Shown: positions 13,801 to 27,147, counted from the first letter of the whole stretch. The stretch: 61,763 bases of DNA, filler included, from Choristocarpus tenellus KU-1152 (GCA_964200185.2; 6 parts of 6 records of this genome joined end to end with filler, not necessarily neighbours in it), one strand, 5' to 3'. Notes: generated by a model not told the origin, from the sequence alone. Made by a program: numbers and translations.

Positions 13801-16800
13801 ATCGATGCAACACATGCTGCAGGTGAAGCGTCTTTCACCATTTTCTTCTGCAAGAGTGGCAGTTTTAGGGACTGCAGCTTCCATCTTGGTGTCTGCTGTA
13901 GAATACTTGTTTTCAGCAAATGCTTTTCATTAGGGTAACTGGTCTTCCGAGTGAATCTTTAATTGATGGGATAGGACATGTTATACCTAATTTGTACTTG
14001 ATTTGTGTGTGGAATATGGTCAACGTGGCACAGTATTCAGGGTTTTCCATTTGTGTAAACGTGGCTATTTTGTGCCACAAGGATGAGATGAATCTTCCCC
14101 ATCTTTGGGACTCCATGAAAACTGCATGCCTTTTGAGTGTGTCCACGTGGAACAGGCTTGGGGTACAGAGTAAGATTTTCTCCTGGTCTATTGGAAGCCC
14201 CTCAAGGCTCTCAGCATCCTAGCCACTACTCTTCTTAGCTCCCCTACAACAGGCAACAAGACAGTGAAAAAAAAATCTTTGTCTTACTGAGAGTGCTCCC
14301 CCCCTTGTTCTCCTATGATTCTCGCATTCATATGGAACTTGTTGCCTGTTCAGGGTGTTCGAATCACTGCTTTCACCCCTGGACACAAAGGCCCCATCAG
14401 TTGCCTTGGATATGTAGGAGAAGACAAGGTGATATACCCATTCCGTGCAGTTTTTTTACACAGGTACCCATGTTACCCCTTTCACATACTTTTAATGTGC
14501 TCTTTACGGTTTACCTGATCTACTGCCCTTGATCTGCCCCTAATAGTGAAATTCTTCTTCCCTACTTGTTTCCAATCTTACAAGGAACAACTAGCCTTCA
14601 CTCCATGAAACCCTTGACCACACTCGAAATCAATTAACTGTACAAAACCTCTGTTCAACATACCGAATTGTTCGTGACTTTGAGTATCATTGGGTAGTCC
14701 CTCTGTTGCTGCAACTCTGTTATTCAATGTGGGATCGAAATAGTAGTCTCACCTGGACATACAAAGCAACTGGTTTATTGAGTAAAAGGTTGAGAAGAAG
14801 TTCGATCGACTATTCCCCTGTTGTTTTGGTCCTGATACCAAATAATTCTATGTATTAGGTGATGCTAGATCCCCCATCCAATACAGTGGTGGTCCCACTT
14901 TGCCAGCACCTAGTGCTGGCCTAAATCGCATGTTGTAATGTGGGCCTGTCAGTGTACCTCATCCAGCACTCAATCGTTTACTCCATTCACTAGGGAAAGC
15001 TTCAAGACTGATGCCCATGGCACAACTAAATTACAATATGTAGTACTGCGAAAGAGTACTCCCTTTTTGGCGCAACCTTCCTCCCTTGTGCGATTGTTTA
15101 TAGAAACGGACCACCAAAACATGAGAGATCATTTTCACCTTCGTGCTTCACAAATCTCAACTGCTTGCCTCAGTAAGCACTTTCGTTGCCCAAAGTGATC
15201 AAGGACTGAGTCTCTCAACAGAGCGGCGTCTTTGCAACGTTTTGTCCTCACTCCTTGCTCCTACTGCTGAAAGCACTTATAAACATACTAGTATGTTTGC
15301 AAGGCAGCACTCGATCTCCTCCATACCATCCCAAGGGAGCTACACAGGAAGAAACGTACCTGGACAAGTTCAGATGCCAATCTGCTCCTGTTCTTGGTGG
15401 CGAGTTTCCGTGTGGTAGGAATTACAATAACGCTAGGTGCCAATGTGGAAGGCACAGCATGGGATTTGGTTGTGAGCGTTGGTAATGTTGGGAACCTGCA
15501 GTGGCGAGTGGTTCAACACTACCAATATTTTACCTCACTGCCCAGTTTCGGGCATATTTTCTTAGTCCAACATGTTTCGAGCATAAGGAGTCAGAGTTTT
15601 CATGAGCCGTCAACACTGAAGGCCCACTCCCACCAGTGCCATTATTGACTTACCTTCAACGAATTTCTCAAAGAGTCTGTCAGTCGTTATTTCTTTGTAA
15701 TGTTTTACTCCTGCACATCCTTCTGGAAAAATATATTTTCTCTCCCGACTGGTAGAAGCAAATTAGACATTTCTTTTGAGAGTTTTAGCACATTTTTCTT
15801 TGCCGTGACCCTTTCCCTCTCATTGCAACCTTTCCCCTTGTTTCCATCATCATGGTGTCATCTGCTCTCCGTTCCCAATTTCTTCACCTCCAATTGTCTA
15901 AATGCTCAAATTGTTCCTTTGCTCATTATGTTTCTATCATTTGTTCAATCTTTCTATGTAGTCATTCACAATGGAGCGGAAGGGGTGGAGTATTGTTCAC
16001 TTTGCTTCACGTGACCATCATTTTGCGACCCCCCAAAAGTAGAGGTATGGAAGTAGAAGTTGACAACAACCAGTGAGGCAAGCACCCAATGCTGAAGTGC
16101 TCCTTCAGAATACCTACTCAATTTGTTGTGTGCTACGTGACTGCCTCAGTTCTCAATGCACTCAGGGTACTTGGTGAAGAGTCATAATGTGTCGCCTTCT
16201 AGCCTACCCATAGAAAGACTCAGTTCACACACATGAACAACTAACTGCACATGCAGGGAGACAAAATAGCACCGTTTTCGGAGGCTTGAACACATTCTGC
16301 CATTGAAAGTAACAAGATTACCTTCAGATTTCTCATTCTGAGCTAAATGTTGACATGGATAATACAAGCGTTCCCATTATTGAGTAATAATCTCAAGCTC
16401 CTCATGTTGCTAATCTTCCTGCTCATGAAATAGGTGCTACTGACAGGGGGCTGGGACCGTACTCTGAGGGTGTATGATGAGGTATCGAGGGAGGGCGATT
16501 CTCCTCTCCTTCGACAGGTATCATAGGGGTGGTCTTATGGAGGTATCAGGTGCCTTGAAGTAGGATCTTTCTTTCTTCTTTGGAGTAGATATTTTAATAA
16601 TGAACAGGTATATTATATATACCTATCTTATTGTCGCAATCCCACAATACCAGTTAGCCAACCGTGTTAGCTCATTACATGGACCAGCAACTGGCCAAAA
16701 ACCACATTTTAAAACTGAGCTGCTGCCTGTAGACTCCTCTTATTGGAAATATTGTGAAACTAAAAGCTCTTTAAGAGAATTGAGAGTTCTTAAGCTGGTT

Positions 16801-19800
16801 GTACAAGCGCCTTCTTAAGTCTATTACTATTGACACATGCTTCACTGAATGCCTAGTAGTCATGTGCTGGTCGAAATGTTTAAGTGAGAGTGCTTCAGTG
16901 GTGCCTGGGGAGGAAGGATCCTTAGAAAAGCAATATATTTGATTGAAGAGGGTGTCTAGGACTAGGAATACTGGCAAGGGGTTGATATTTCTTTGGTCGC
17001 ATCCTTTTTATACGAAACGACTGGGGAGGGAGACTGACTGGTCGTCTGGGGGAGAGGAGGTATGCCTAGATAATATGCCTTGGAGTAAGTGTCAGGTTCC
17101 ATGGGGACATAAAGGTACATCTAGGGCAGAGTTGCTGCAAGTGGTAGGTAGGAGATGACTGAAACATATACTTGTAGGACAGGCAAGTATGAAATCTGTC
17201 CTGGTGCCGTCCACTGTAGTAACTGGGGCTTAGAGGGAGGGATGGTAGTACTATAGTTCACCTGGAGTGAAGAACGAATTTCGTTCAGAAGAAAGCATGC
17301 CAATCCGTCCTATGACATATTGTAGCAGGTACTGTTGTGAGTATTTCACGGTGTGATGCACACTTTGCAGTTGGTGGTTTGGTCTGGATATTGTTTTTTT
17401 GGAAACAGGCAAGCAAGGATTGGAGGAATTCGGAAATTCAGAGGATATTGGATACAAGTTTTATACTACATATATCATGTTGGAAAGGAGTCCCACAATT
17501 TGACATATAGACAGCTCTGTGTTGCAGGCGATGGAAGCGGAGTAAGAATTGGGTAGAAGGTAACACTAAACTCACAGAAGACCCTCACAGCACCGTGCTA
17601 TACAAGGAGGAACAAACTGACAGACCTAGGCACCTCTGTAGCACAGGTCCATCTTCGTCCTACAGTAATAACCCTTGGGGTTGACACAAGATTGCACCGT
17701 GAATGGTTGGCTTCCAGGTCTCTACCTCTGATGCCAGTGGGACTGAAGCTGAAGAATGATATATTGTCATAGTGTAGAAATATGGGAAGGAGCGAGGGTC
17801 AAGAACACCACATAATCTAACTATATAACTTCTCCTGACATTGAAACAAAATCCCCCTCCAATCCGACACAAAAGGTGGATGCTGCGCACGCATCGGACA
17901 TTAATGCCCTTGCAGTGTCACAAATGTTTTGCCTTGTGGCCACAGGATCTGCAGGTGGCACCTGCCGCCTGTGGGATTTCCAGTTCCTCTCTAATGAGGG
18001 AATGTGTCAACTGAAGGATGAGGTGTGGAGAAGGCGATCAACAACAGTATACCCCCCCAAGTTTCACTGACCTCTTTCTGGCATTTATGCTTTAGACAGT
18101 TTCTGTATGTGTATATGCTACTTGAAGGCTTCGAAGATAGCAAATACCATGTTACCATAGGGCCTGATATTCGATCTCCTAGAGCTCTAGAGCTAAACCA
18201 TACAATCACCCAAGAAACTTCCCTACATTTTCGTACTTATATTAGAATGTTTGGTGAGTGTACAGAGACAGACTTCTACTGCAGTCCTAAGTCCTTTACG
18301 TGATATGCTTCGCAACAAGCTAGGCACTGCAAAAGAAAGTAAAGACAACACACTTGTGCTATTTTGCCGAACCTTCTGTTTTTCATGAATGCATGTCATT
18401 CTATCATCATCATTTCTAGAGAGTCAAAAGTATCTGAGAGGGTAGAGCCACGTCCATTTGGGAGGCCAAAATCCATTGTTGCAATTTTGATGTAATTTTG
18501 GGTATCATGTTTGTTAGGAGATGTCAAAATCCTTGTTCCGGATACACCACTGTATAAAGTATACATTTTTCCTACTCCGAAACATTTTGGAGTAGGAAAA
18601 ATGGAATAAAAAATCCCGTGGGAAGTCAAGCCCCAAATGGACAAACAGGGAAAAACTCGTACCCTCTAAGATAGTTTCACTCAGAGCCCAGACCGCCTGA
18701 GATGTTGACACGACCAATGATCACTTCATAACTCAGCAGAAAATGATGAGTCCTTTGGTCGAGGGGGGCAAGACCATTTCTAATGCGATTGTGTATTGAC
18801 CTTCCCTAACTAAAACTACCAGTCCAGATCCAATTTCTCCTCTCCTGCCTTGCAATCCAACCCCCACCTCAAAATTGCTTGGAGCAAGGTTATGTGTTTA
18901 TGTTTCCTGGAGCCCTACCCTCTACTTGTTGTGGGAGATTGTGGAGGGCGTGTCTCCTTTGTTCCTGTTCGGTGAGAATGGATTTGTTGTGTGAGAATGA
19001 AGGGATGGGGGTGTGAGCATGACGTTGTGATGTGGTGCAAGGGAGGTTTGTATAGATTAGAGGGTGGATGACATCCTTTCTCCTCCTTAACAATTAATTG
19101 CACCATGTGATCTCCTGAACATGACCTAGTTGGGAACGAATCCTCCTGCCTTTGCTCATATAAACTAAAATATATTTTCTAGCTCTTTTGTATTATTGAC
19201 ATGTGTATGCCCGCTAAAGGGATCTTGTACGGATGCATCTGCAGCCCTAGTTGTTTAGGTCAGAATTATTGGACAGGAAAGGTTTTTGAAATTTAAAAAG
19301 AGACGGGTGATAAACTTTTCGGTGGTCTCATTCTCATCAAAGGTATTTGACTTCGTTTTTCATGTAAGGAGACGAGGGGAAGAGCAGGAGGTCGGGGGGA
19401 GGGCAGACTCGAGTCATGACATACCCCACAGCTTTCAAATTAATTTCTCTATCTTCTCTATATGGGCCATATGACTTCCACAACGTAATCTATGATTTGT
19501 GTGTGATGATCAACTACTGCATGGATTATGCATGCAGAAGTGCATTCAACTTTCTGAATAGACATCCAGTAATTTGAATTACAATATCTGCCACTATCTC
19601 AGGTCGCTTGAAGGTTTCTACATAATTGTGCGAGTTGGAGCCATCTATCAGTGTCACACTGTTCCTGCATGAAAAATTTCAGGCCATAGCATATTCAACC
19701 TTTGCTGAAAAAAGAACTGATAAATCTCCTTGAACTTGAGCACCCTCCTCAAAAACCCGTTGTCATCACTGACCCTAAGCTCAACCCTAATATTATCAAA

Positions 19801-20973
19801 TCTTACCCTTGGATGCACACATGTATGCATTTGCGCATTTGTACTTCCTCCCTATGGACCTTCGTAACCTACACAGGTTCTGGTTGGGGCAAGGAAGCCG
19901 CAATACTGTGGTGTCAAGTTTCTTCAACAATCCCAAGGCATTGGATACAGTTGAGGGATCGCCATCGGTAACATCACTAGCTGTAAGGTATGCCAAGTAC
20001 TTGTTGCGTTTATTTTATGGTCTAGCTGGTGTGATGGGTACTCACATCCACATTGCTCTCTCCTTGCAGAGGTTTCTTACTTGACTCAGAGGCTCTATCT
20101 AGTGGGGTACAAGTTTCTCATTGCAGATCCAAGACATATGTTTTATTGTTGGTTCTTCCTGCCGCAGCATATCTCAATGCAAACAATCTCCCTTACCATA
20201 GCTCATTTGAGATGCTCGACTAAGCCCAGCCATACAGAGTATACCCATTGAGTGGCTTTGTCTTTGTAGTCCACCTTGACTATAAGTGCTGCTGAACCAT
20301 TTTCTAGTCCCTTTGAAAGCGGAGTCCTGAATTGTACAATGCTTTTTTCTGTATTGGAATTTCATACCTGGCACTGATATTATCCCTACTTAAGCCAGAA
20401 TGAAGATATCCTCAACTCTAATGATGGCACCTTAGTCCATATAAGCCTATGACCCCAACCTCTTTCAGAACTCTACCTCGGCCAACAAGAAAAGGTCCCG
20501 TTCTAAGCCTTCAGAGAGTGGTTTTGAAGTATATTTGTACTATCTATCCCGATGGTGATACTCAACATATTCCTAGATAGTTAGCGTGTACTCCAATGCT
20601 ATACATTCTAAAGAACATGTATCCTTGCACATCTCCTACATGTATCAATGCTGTCTTCCTATCATCTCCATAATGCATGAACCACCTTCTTAAAAAGAAA
20701 ATGTGCTTATCCCTTCTCGCCTTTAGACACTTTCTGATATTTCATATACCGTACTAATCTAACCTCTTTATCTATTCATTGATCTCGGATTCCAAAGATG
20801 TAACATCCTTTTCCCTGTGAGTTCCTACAGCACCGTCGAATGGTCCAACGTATGTGTTCATTCTGTGACATTGACATGAACACGAGGTATGCAGGTACTG
20901 TCCATCAGGTGGTACAGAGGTGGCCCATGAAGTCTACAGCGGACTTCACATTCTCTATACCGGTGATGACAAG
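1877..20973 (+). CDS. EF-hand + WD40-repeat protein (WDR49/EFCAB8/WDY-like architecture), multi-exon, partial
   Basis: Approximate AG/GT-bounded exons: 1877-2020 (EF-hand DYNGDKKMDWEEF), 2556-2657, 3669-3770, 5362-5486 (LFTSGCDGVVLSW), 5985-6095 (LVTSGLDRGVHMWD), 8622-8683 (VIAWD..LQGH), 11776-11856, 12681-12854 (LVTLWD), 13302-13425, 14354-14428 (GHKGPISCL), 16434-16517 (LLTGGWDRTLRVYD), 17876-18022 (VATGSAGGTCRLWD), 19877-19987, 20895-20973. Some exons are probably missed. Confidence 0.85.
3900..4330 (+). mobile_element. Possible decayed 3' end of a LINE
   Basis: Broken coding-like text (LAKRVM...KPLG) ends in an AATAATAGCAGTAGTAATAA microsatellite-like tail. Confidence 0.3.
8793..9052. 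mobile_element. MITE family B copy (~260 bp)
   Basis: GAGTCAATGTAATCGAGAGGTA...TTACTTTGACCC; colinear with 48804-49065. Confidence 0.8.
10283..10513. mobile_element. MITE family A, truncated at one end
   Basis: Family A body ending TACCCTCTAAGATACTTCGACTC; the other TIR is absent. Confidence 0.85.
10915..11172. mobile_element. MITE family A, full length
   Basis: TIRs GAGTCAAAGTATCTTAGAGGGTA and TACCCTCTAAGATACTTTCACTT; TSD ATTT. Confidence 0.93.
11866..12103. mobile_element. MITE family A with small internal deletion
   Basis: Both TIRs present; TSD TCCT; starts 9 nt into an intron. Confidence 0.9.
18421..18682. mobile_element. MITE family A, full length
   Basis: Both TIRs present; AGA on both flanks; internal palindrome TTTTCCTACTCCGAAACATTTTGGAGTAGGAAAA. 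Confidence 0.92.
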
Positions 20974-21244
20974 GTGATCAGTAGTGCCCGAGGTCCGGAT
21001 AGTGAAGGTTTCAGCGTGAGGTTTTGGGTTGGCTTAGATCATGATTTTGAACATAGAAGGCCCTTGTACTCTGTCGCCTTTTTCACTGTATCTTTGCAGT
21101 AAGGACAGTGCAAGTACATTGGACGTCTGGGAACAGTCAGGGCAAATATGCAGTTATGGTGATCACTTGGTCTCTGCACCTAGCAGAACCCTCACTTCCT
21201 CCTGTGCCAAAGCATTTACGAGGGTAGGAGATTTTGCCGTGTTT

Positions 21245-21502
21245 GAGTGAAAGTATCTTAGAGGGTATGACTTTTGCCCTGTTTGTCCATTTCGGGATTG
21301 GCTTCCCACGAGTTTTTTTATGAAATTTTCCTACTCCGAAGTGTTTTGGAGTGGGTAAATTGTATACGATATGAAAGATGGGTCCATAACAAGGATATTT
21401 ACACCTCTTAACAAACAAGATAAACAAAAGTACATCAATATCGCAACATTGGATTTTGGCCCCCAAATGGACGCGGCTCTACCCTCTAAGATGCTTTGAG
21501 TC
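21245..21502. mobile_element. MITE family A, full length
   Basis: GAGTGAAAGTATCTTAGAGGGTA...TACCCTCTAAGATGCTTTGAGTC; no clear TSD. Confidence 0.9.
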
Positions 21503-22317
21503 CTTAGCATCACAATCATCATTGTTTGAGGGATGGTCTTCTCGAAATAAGAATATATATATTTTACGTTCAAATTTAGCGTCATTTTCTTTCAACTTTC
21601 TGGTCTCTCCTATACTTCGCCAAGGTTCCTGGCACAAGCGATTATTCCCGCTTCCCATGTCTTCAATGGATCCCTTGGCAAGTGCATTTTGGGGAGGTAC
21701 ACCTCTACCTTACTCTCTCGCACTAAACCACAGAAGGGGGCACAGAAGATTGGGAGTATGTTGGTGAAGACTCATTGTAGATGGATGAATGCACACCAAA
21801 TTCGAGGGAGGAGGCAGAACCACGTGCGTAGTAAAGTTATTGAGAGCAAGCCCAGCAGTTTAGATTAGACAAAAAAAAACACATTGCCAATACCTTAGAA
21901 GATATGCATGAAAGCCTTGATCTTGGTCTACAAGAAGCAGCATACAGCACCTAACAACACAACTCAACAGAGTATGTACTATGGACAACATAAAGCCCTT
22001 CTAATATACCAACAGTAGTAGAAATGTATATCTGAAACAGGAAAAAATCCGTCGACCTTCCAATTCTGCCATTTTATCCCTGCCAACGTATTCCATTCTG
22101 CCAATTCTCGCCCCTCACAAAACTAAGATTACTTCACAAATTTCCCTTTATATTTTACCACTCTTGTTGAATATTGTATCCTAAGTTCAAGGTTATACTA
22201 TGAAATATACTCCTTTATTATATATATTTTATTATTATATACCCCTTGTGTGAATCGTGTGATTCTGTGGCGGCGTGGTTCACTCAGGCAAGGGTGGCGA
22301 AGAGAATCACCGGGCAA

Positions 22318-22417
22318 NNNNNNNNNNNNNNNNNNNNNNNNNNNNNNNNNNNNNNNNNNNNTTAATTAATTAANNNNNNNNNNNNNNNNNNNNNNNNNNN
22401 NNNNNNNNNNNNNNNNN
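22318..22417. other. Artificial contig linker
   Basis: N44-TTAATTAATTAA-N44 (stop codons in all six frames). Confidence 0.98.
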
Positions 22418-22486
22418 CAGAAAAGTGAAAATCGAAAAAAGGGTGAAAAACGGATGCCGACACCCCCCCCCCAGATACTTTGACCC
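22418..22486. mobile_element. MITE family C-type terminus at contig start
   Basis: CCCCCCCCCCAGATACTTTGACCC matches the end of 35222-35401. Confidence 0.6.
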
Positions 22487-23263
22487 AATAGCAAGCTTCT
22501 GAACTTCATCAACGCTGGGAGTGCAACATACAGCAACGTTGAATGCTGATCGTCGTTAATGACTTTGCTTGATGCAAGGTGTGAGTGCAACAATCAATAA
22601 CCCACACCGACCTGTACAACAAAGGCTGCCGGGAGGAACACAATCTTTCACATATTTTACAAAGAACACAGTTCAAAGGCAACTTGGTTTTGTCAAATCA
22701 AAAAGAGGAGTGGAGATTCATCAACAAGTCTTCGCTATACGGAGGAAGGTTGAGGGTGAACAAGGAAAGCAAAACAGGCAACTCAACGCAGGATGCCGAG
22801 ATTAAACAGCAAGGCAAGAAGAATGGCAGCGCTCGCTGCTCATAAAGTGGTCAATGAAGATGAGCGATAACAACGGCAAGCGCAGAAGCACACTCGATGA
22901 GAGAGACTACCGCTGGCCAGAAGACAAAAAGATTTAACCATTTGGCAGAGGCAAGTGAGCACTCATATTTATTGTTGTGGAGTCAAGGTGAGATCAAAAC
23001 TCACTCTGAATCTTTCTGGTCCACAAAGGGCATGCTGTCAATCACAGTGACAAATGGGAAGATTTAATGCTTGAGAAAGAAAAAAACCAACTACTAGCCA
23101 GCAACCAGTAGGGGGGTTCCTGCCCCCCTCAACAAGTACCACTACGGTGACATCAGGCTACCCAAATCAAATTTCTCCTGCCCCTCATTCAAGTTGCCTC
23201 CTCTTGGTCTTCCTTCTCCTCCACCATCCCACACACTCATAACTCAAGCACTTCCAGGCTTAC

Positions 23264-25164
23264 CTGCTAACAAAGCTGGGGAATACCAGCCCTGGACAGT
23301 CGCAAAGCATCAGACTGTCTGACAAAACCAACGTCTGAAAGTGCTTTGTTTTTCCGGGGGTGGCCCCCACACTGACACGAACGCCTCCGTGGGACAGTGG
23401 TGTTGCCCCGACCAACACATTAATTGCACTGCTCTTGCCCACATTAGGGTAGCCAACCAAACCAACACAAGCCCTCCCCCCATTTCGCTTTGGGTCTGGA
23501 CCTGACCCCAGTGTTCGTGCGAGCCGTTCCAGTTCCACTGTCAGCTCCCATCGGGACAGCACGCGGATCTCGTCTGACCCCTTCTCCTCTATGCTCTGTT
23601 GGTTCTGGACTGACATCGTTTTTTCCTTGCTCAGACTACTGTCAGCCCCTTGCCCATGCCCGCCACCTTTTCCCCTCCCCCCAGGATTGTTCTTGTCACT
23701 ACTCTTACCTGAGCCATTGTACCCTACCACATCACTACTATGGTCTCCTTCCTTACTTCTTTCACTGCCCTCTTCTTCCTCTTCAGGCTCAGCCTCAGCT
23801 TTATCTCGTGCTGCCCTGGCCTCCTGGTTGAGACGCTCTTGCTCCTGCCGGGCTGAGAAGAAGAGTACCTGCACGCCACGCCTCTTGAAGTGCTGTGCCC
23901 ACTCCCTTTGTTGTCCTGGGCTCAGAAAGTCTGACTTATTCACCAGCACTGTAACAGGCTTGGGAGGTGTCATTTCTCGGCAATAGGCCTCGAGGTCAGT
24001 GGAGAAGTAGAACAAGGGGTTGCGCGCATCCACAAGTTGGACGATGAGGTCGCTGCGCTCCATCACACGCCACAGCTGACGCCATACCTCGATATTCTTT
24101 TCGAATGGAGTGACCCTTTGCGTGCTGTTGCTCTCTTCGGCACTGCAGCAAATGTACCAGATGTGTCGTGTCGGAAAACGAAGTTTTGGAAAGGCGAAGA
24201 GGTGAAGGCGAGGAAAGGGTAAGATGGTGGTTAGCATGGACACACCTGGAAATTGCCTGTTCACGTTCCTGAGTGATAGTAGAAGGTTTGGAGGGGACTC
24301 AGCCTATTGCTTACTGAAGCTGGAGACCTTTCAAAAGAGGCTTTGTCTCACTGTATCATAAGGATAACTAATGTGTTTACAGAGGGAGTGACACAAAGTG
24401 TAGGTTGAATTTATAACTTCAACTGATAGAAAACATCTGATATGAATCGTCAGACTGCAAGCGAGTTCATGAATACGGAAGGACTACCCAACTTCCAGCA
24501 GGGCAAAAGCACATCGAACTAGTTGCACATCTTGCACACCTAGCAATATCTCTTCGCCACTCGAGAAATGACTTTTTTTCCGCAAGATCTAGCTCATCCG
24601 CCGTCATACCCACGACCCAACCTGGCCGACGTGGTATGTTGAGGTGCTCAAAGGCAAATGCGGTACCCGCACCATCGTTGGCACCTCCAACCTCGCCATC
24701 CTCGTCCAATTGTATCTCCATCCCATCGGGCCCCAGCACCACGGTAGACTCCCTATGTGACTCAAACGCTCGCTCCGACATCATAGCAGATGCGATGAAA
24801 TCATCCAGAGAATTTGCCTCAAGCACAGAGGTAAGCTTTCCCCTAGCTTCACTGCCATCAACATCATACCCAGTTGACGCCCTGGAAAGCAGAGATCATG
24901 GCAAGACAGGGAGGGGAAGCATCGGATTGTGTCGTTCAACTGACCAGACTCTTGGCCTTATTTTCAAAAAATGATCTTAATGCTGCGCATGTTTTGCGCG
25001 TCGTCAAGCACGGGTCTGTCCTTGTGCCCTGGGAGAGGTCTCATCCTTAATCAACCTTCCTCAACTTACTTGACTGTGGCAGCCTTGTCGTGTGCTCGCC
25101 TCCGCTGCAGGGCCTTTCCAAGCGAAGCTTGTCCCTTTTTAGGATTACTTTTACCATGTGCCAT
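23264..25164 (-). CDS. LSG1: Large subunit GTPase 1 (circularly permuted GTPase), 3'-partial
   Basis: Phase-compatible exons 25164-25070, 24881-24540, 24142-23264. Motifs: TPFEKNIEVWRQLWRVMERSD, DARNPL, NKSD (G4), GYPNVGKSS (G1), TPGKTKHFQT (G2), DCPG (G3). Confidence 0.95.
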
Positions 25165-25371
25165 AGCAATCCTCTGGCTGGACTGCGTGTGCTTTCTACG
25201 TCTAGTTTCAGTGGTGGTACAGCACAATGAGACAAGAGAAAGGTAAAGTTGTAGTGTTCAATGTTGAGACGCCTTCGCAAGGTTATCAAACGTTGGATAA
25301 GCACCTCTCTCGTACCACCTCTTACACTCTACTACGTTGTTGTATGTTGTAACCTGAAGCCACTGAAAAAC

Positions 25372-26628
25372 ATGAGTGACGACGAAAGAGGGAAAGATAG
25401 TTTTGAAGGGGTTTATAGACATAAGGGAAATACCTTGTCGCTCAGAGAAGTGAAGTCGGAGACCGTTGATCTTGCTGAACTCTACTTGGTGTCTTGCCGT
25501 TTTGAGGAGGCAACACGTATTTGCCTGAAGGCGTGGGAAAACCTTTTGCCCTTGCCCAATTTGCATGTGAAGACGGAAGTTCGAGGGGACAACTTGGTAA
25601 GATTCGATGATATGTGGATTTCTTCCACTCGACCATGTGACAATGCCGACCTGCTTGCAGGGGTGCTCCTCCAGGTCGGGTTCGAGTTGCGAAGGCAAGA
25701 CGAATGGGAGCAGTGTCGGCGCTTCTACAGGGACCACAGTGCTATCCCCTTCCCTATCGCATTGTTATGGTAAGTGTGGAATAAAATCAACCCTACAGGC
25801 CCACATCTATCTTGGTTACCTTTTTCTTTTCCATAGGGCTTAATACATTACTGCCTCATTTTGTAATGAAGTGGTTGGTTTCCATTATCACTGGTACAAC
25901 CTGTTAAGCACACCATGCGAGTTTTGATTGACTATCATTTTTAATGTCGTGCCTTCTCATACTTACACCACTGCATCTGACCCTTCGTCCCTAGGCTCCA
26001 ACTTCGTCTGGCCGATAGGGAGTTCGATTTTGTGAAGGCGGTGCTTCTAGAATTGAGAGTCAACTTGCAAGAAGAGTGTCGAATGGAATGCAGCAGGCCA
26101 GGGAACCTCTCAATCACGGGCCGCAGTAACTATGGCGAGGTGATGGCTTTGCTGGTCACCCGAGTCATGATCCCGAGGGGTGAGAACAATGAGGCGATAG
26201 TAATGCTGTCGAATGACGCTATCCTCTCCAAAGAAGAGATAGATCAACTCACTGCTCTCTGCTACAACCACACAATGAAAGGGCGGCATGACGGCACTAG
26301 CGCAGTGCACGGGGAGACTGATGCACATCAATTAGCACACTCTAACAATGTAGGGTCAAGAAAAGCAAAGAGGACATCACGTAACGAACATCCCGATAGT
26401 GATTTCTCACATGGAACAGGTGTAGAAGAAAAAGGTTTGTTTTCCTCCATACTTGATGGTAATCCACAAGGGAACTTTGGAATAGCAGTGGGTGTTGGCG
26501 TGGCCGGACTAGCAGTTTACACAGCATATCGGCAACGGAGGTCACTCTGGTGTGCTGTTAGTAGCGCAGTGCAGACGACACGCAGGGCTACAATGAATAT
26601 TGCAACCTTTATTGTAGGATCTTCATGA
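25372..26628 (+). CDS. PEX26/APEM9-like tail-anchored peroxin (putative)
   Basis: Two exons, 25372-25769 and 25995-26628 (TG|G = Trp). N-terminal motifs AELYLVSCRFEEA, GVLLQVGFELRR and AIPFPIALLWLQL; single C-terminal TM segment followed by basic RQRR. Confidence 0.7.
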
Positions 26629-27147
26629 GTACATATATTACAATTTCACTTGCCAAGAAGTATGTGTCACAAACGAGATATATATTCCAGACTTAAAATA
26701 ATGGGGGAAGATGAGAAAGTAGGAAAATTACGGGGCTATTAAAAAAATGATTTTTCCCAAATATCACACATTATGAGAGAGAATCGACCAGGACAGGTTC
26801 ACATCAACTACGGCTGAAATCAAGTCTTGAAATGCACATCATGGCACCATACGTGTTGCATATAGTTCTGGATAAAACTGCATTATAGGAACTTATCAAT
26901 AGAATGAAAGTACTGACCCCGCTAACTCCCTCTTGAATTGTCTACAAAACAAGCTCGATTATCTTCCAAGTTACACCTCCCAAGTCACAAAAAAATGGAA
27001 GTTTGTGTGGCAATGGGTCATAGTGCGCACGAAAGGACCAATAGCACCAATATCCTATCAGGATTCAGTAAGGTCAGAGCAACAAAAAAGGTGTTTCCAT
27101 CCCGTCAAGAGACATTCATTTGGCTTCTACTCTGGATTACATCGAAA

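Noticed and set aside
23490-23986. Plus-strand ORFs overlapping LSG1 (and likewise CHMP1 at 26933-27417)
   Set aside because: Antisense shadows of real coding exons.
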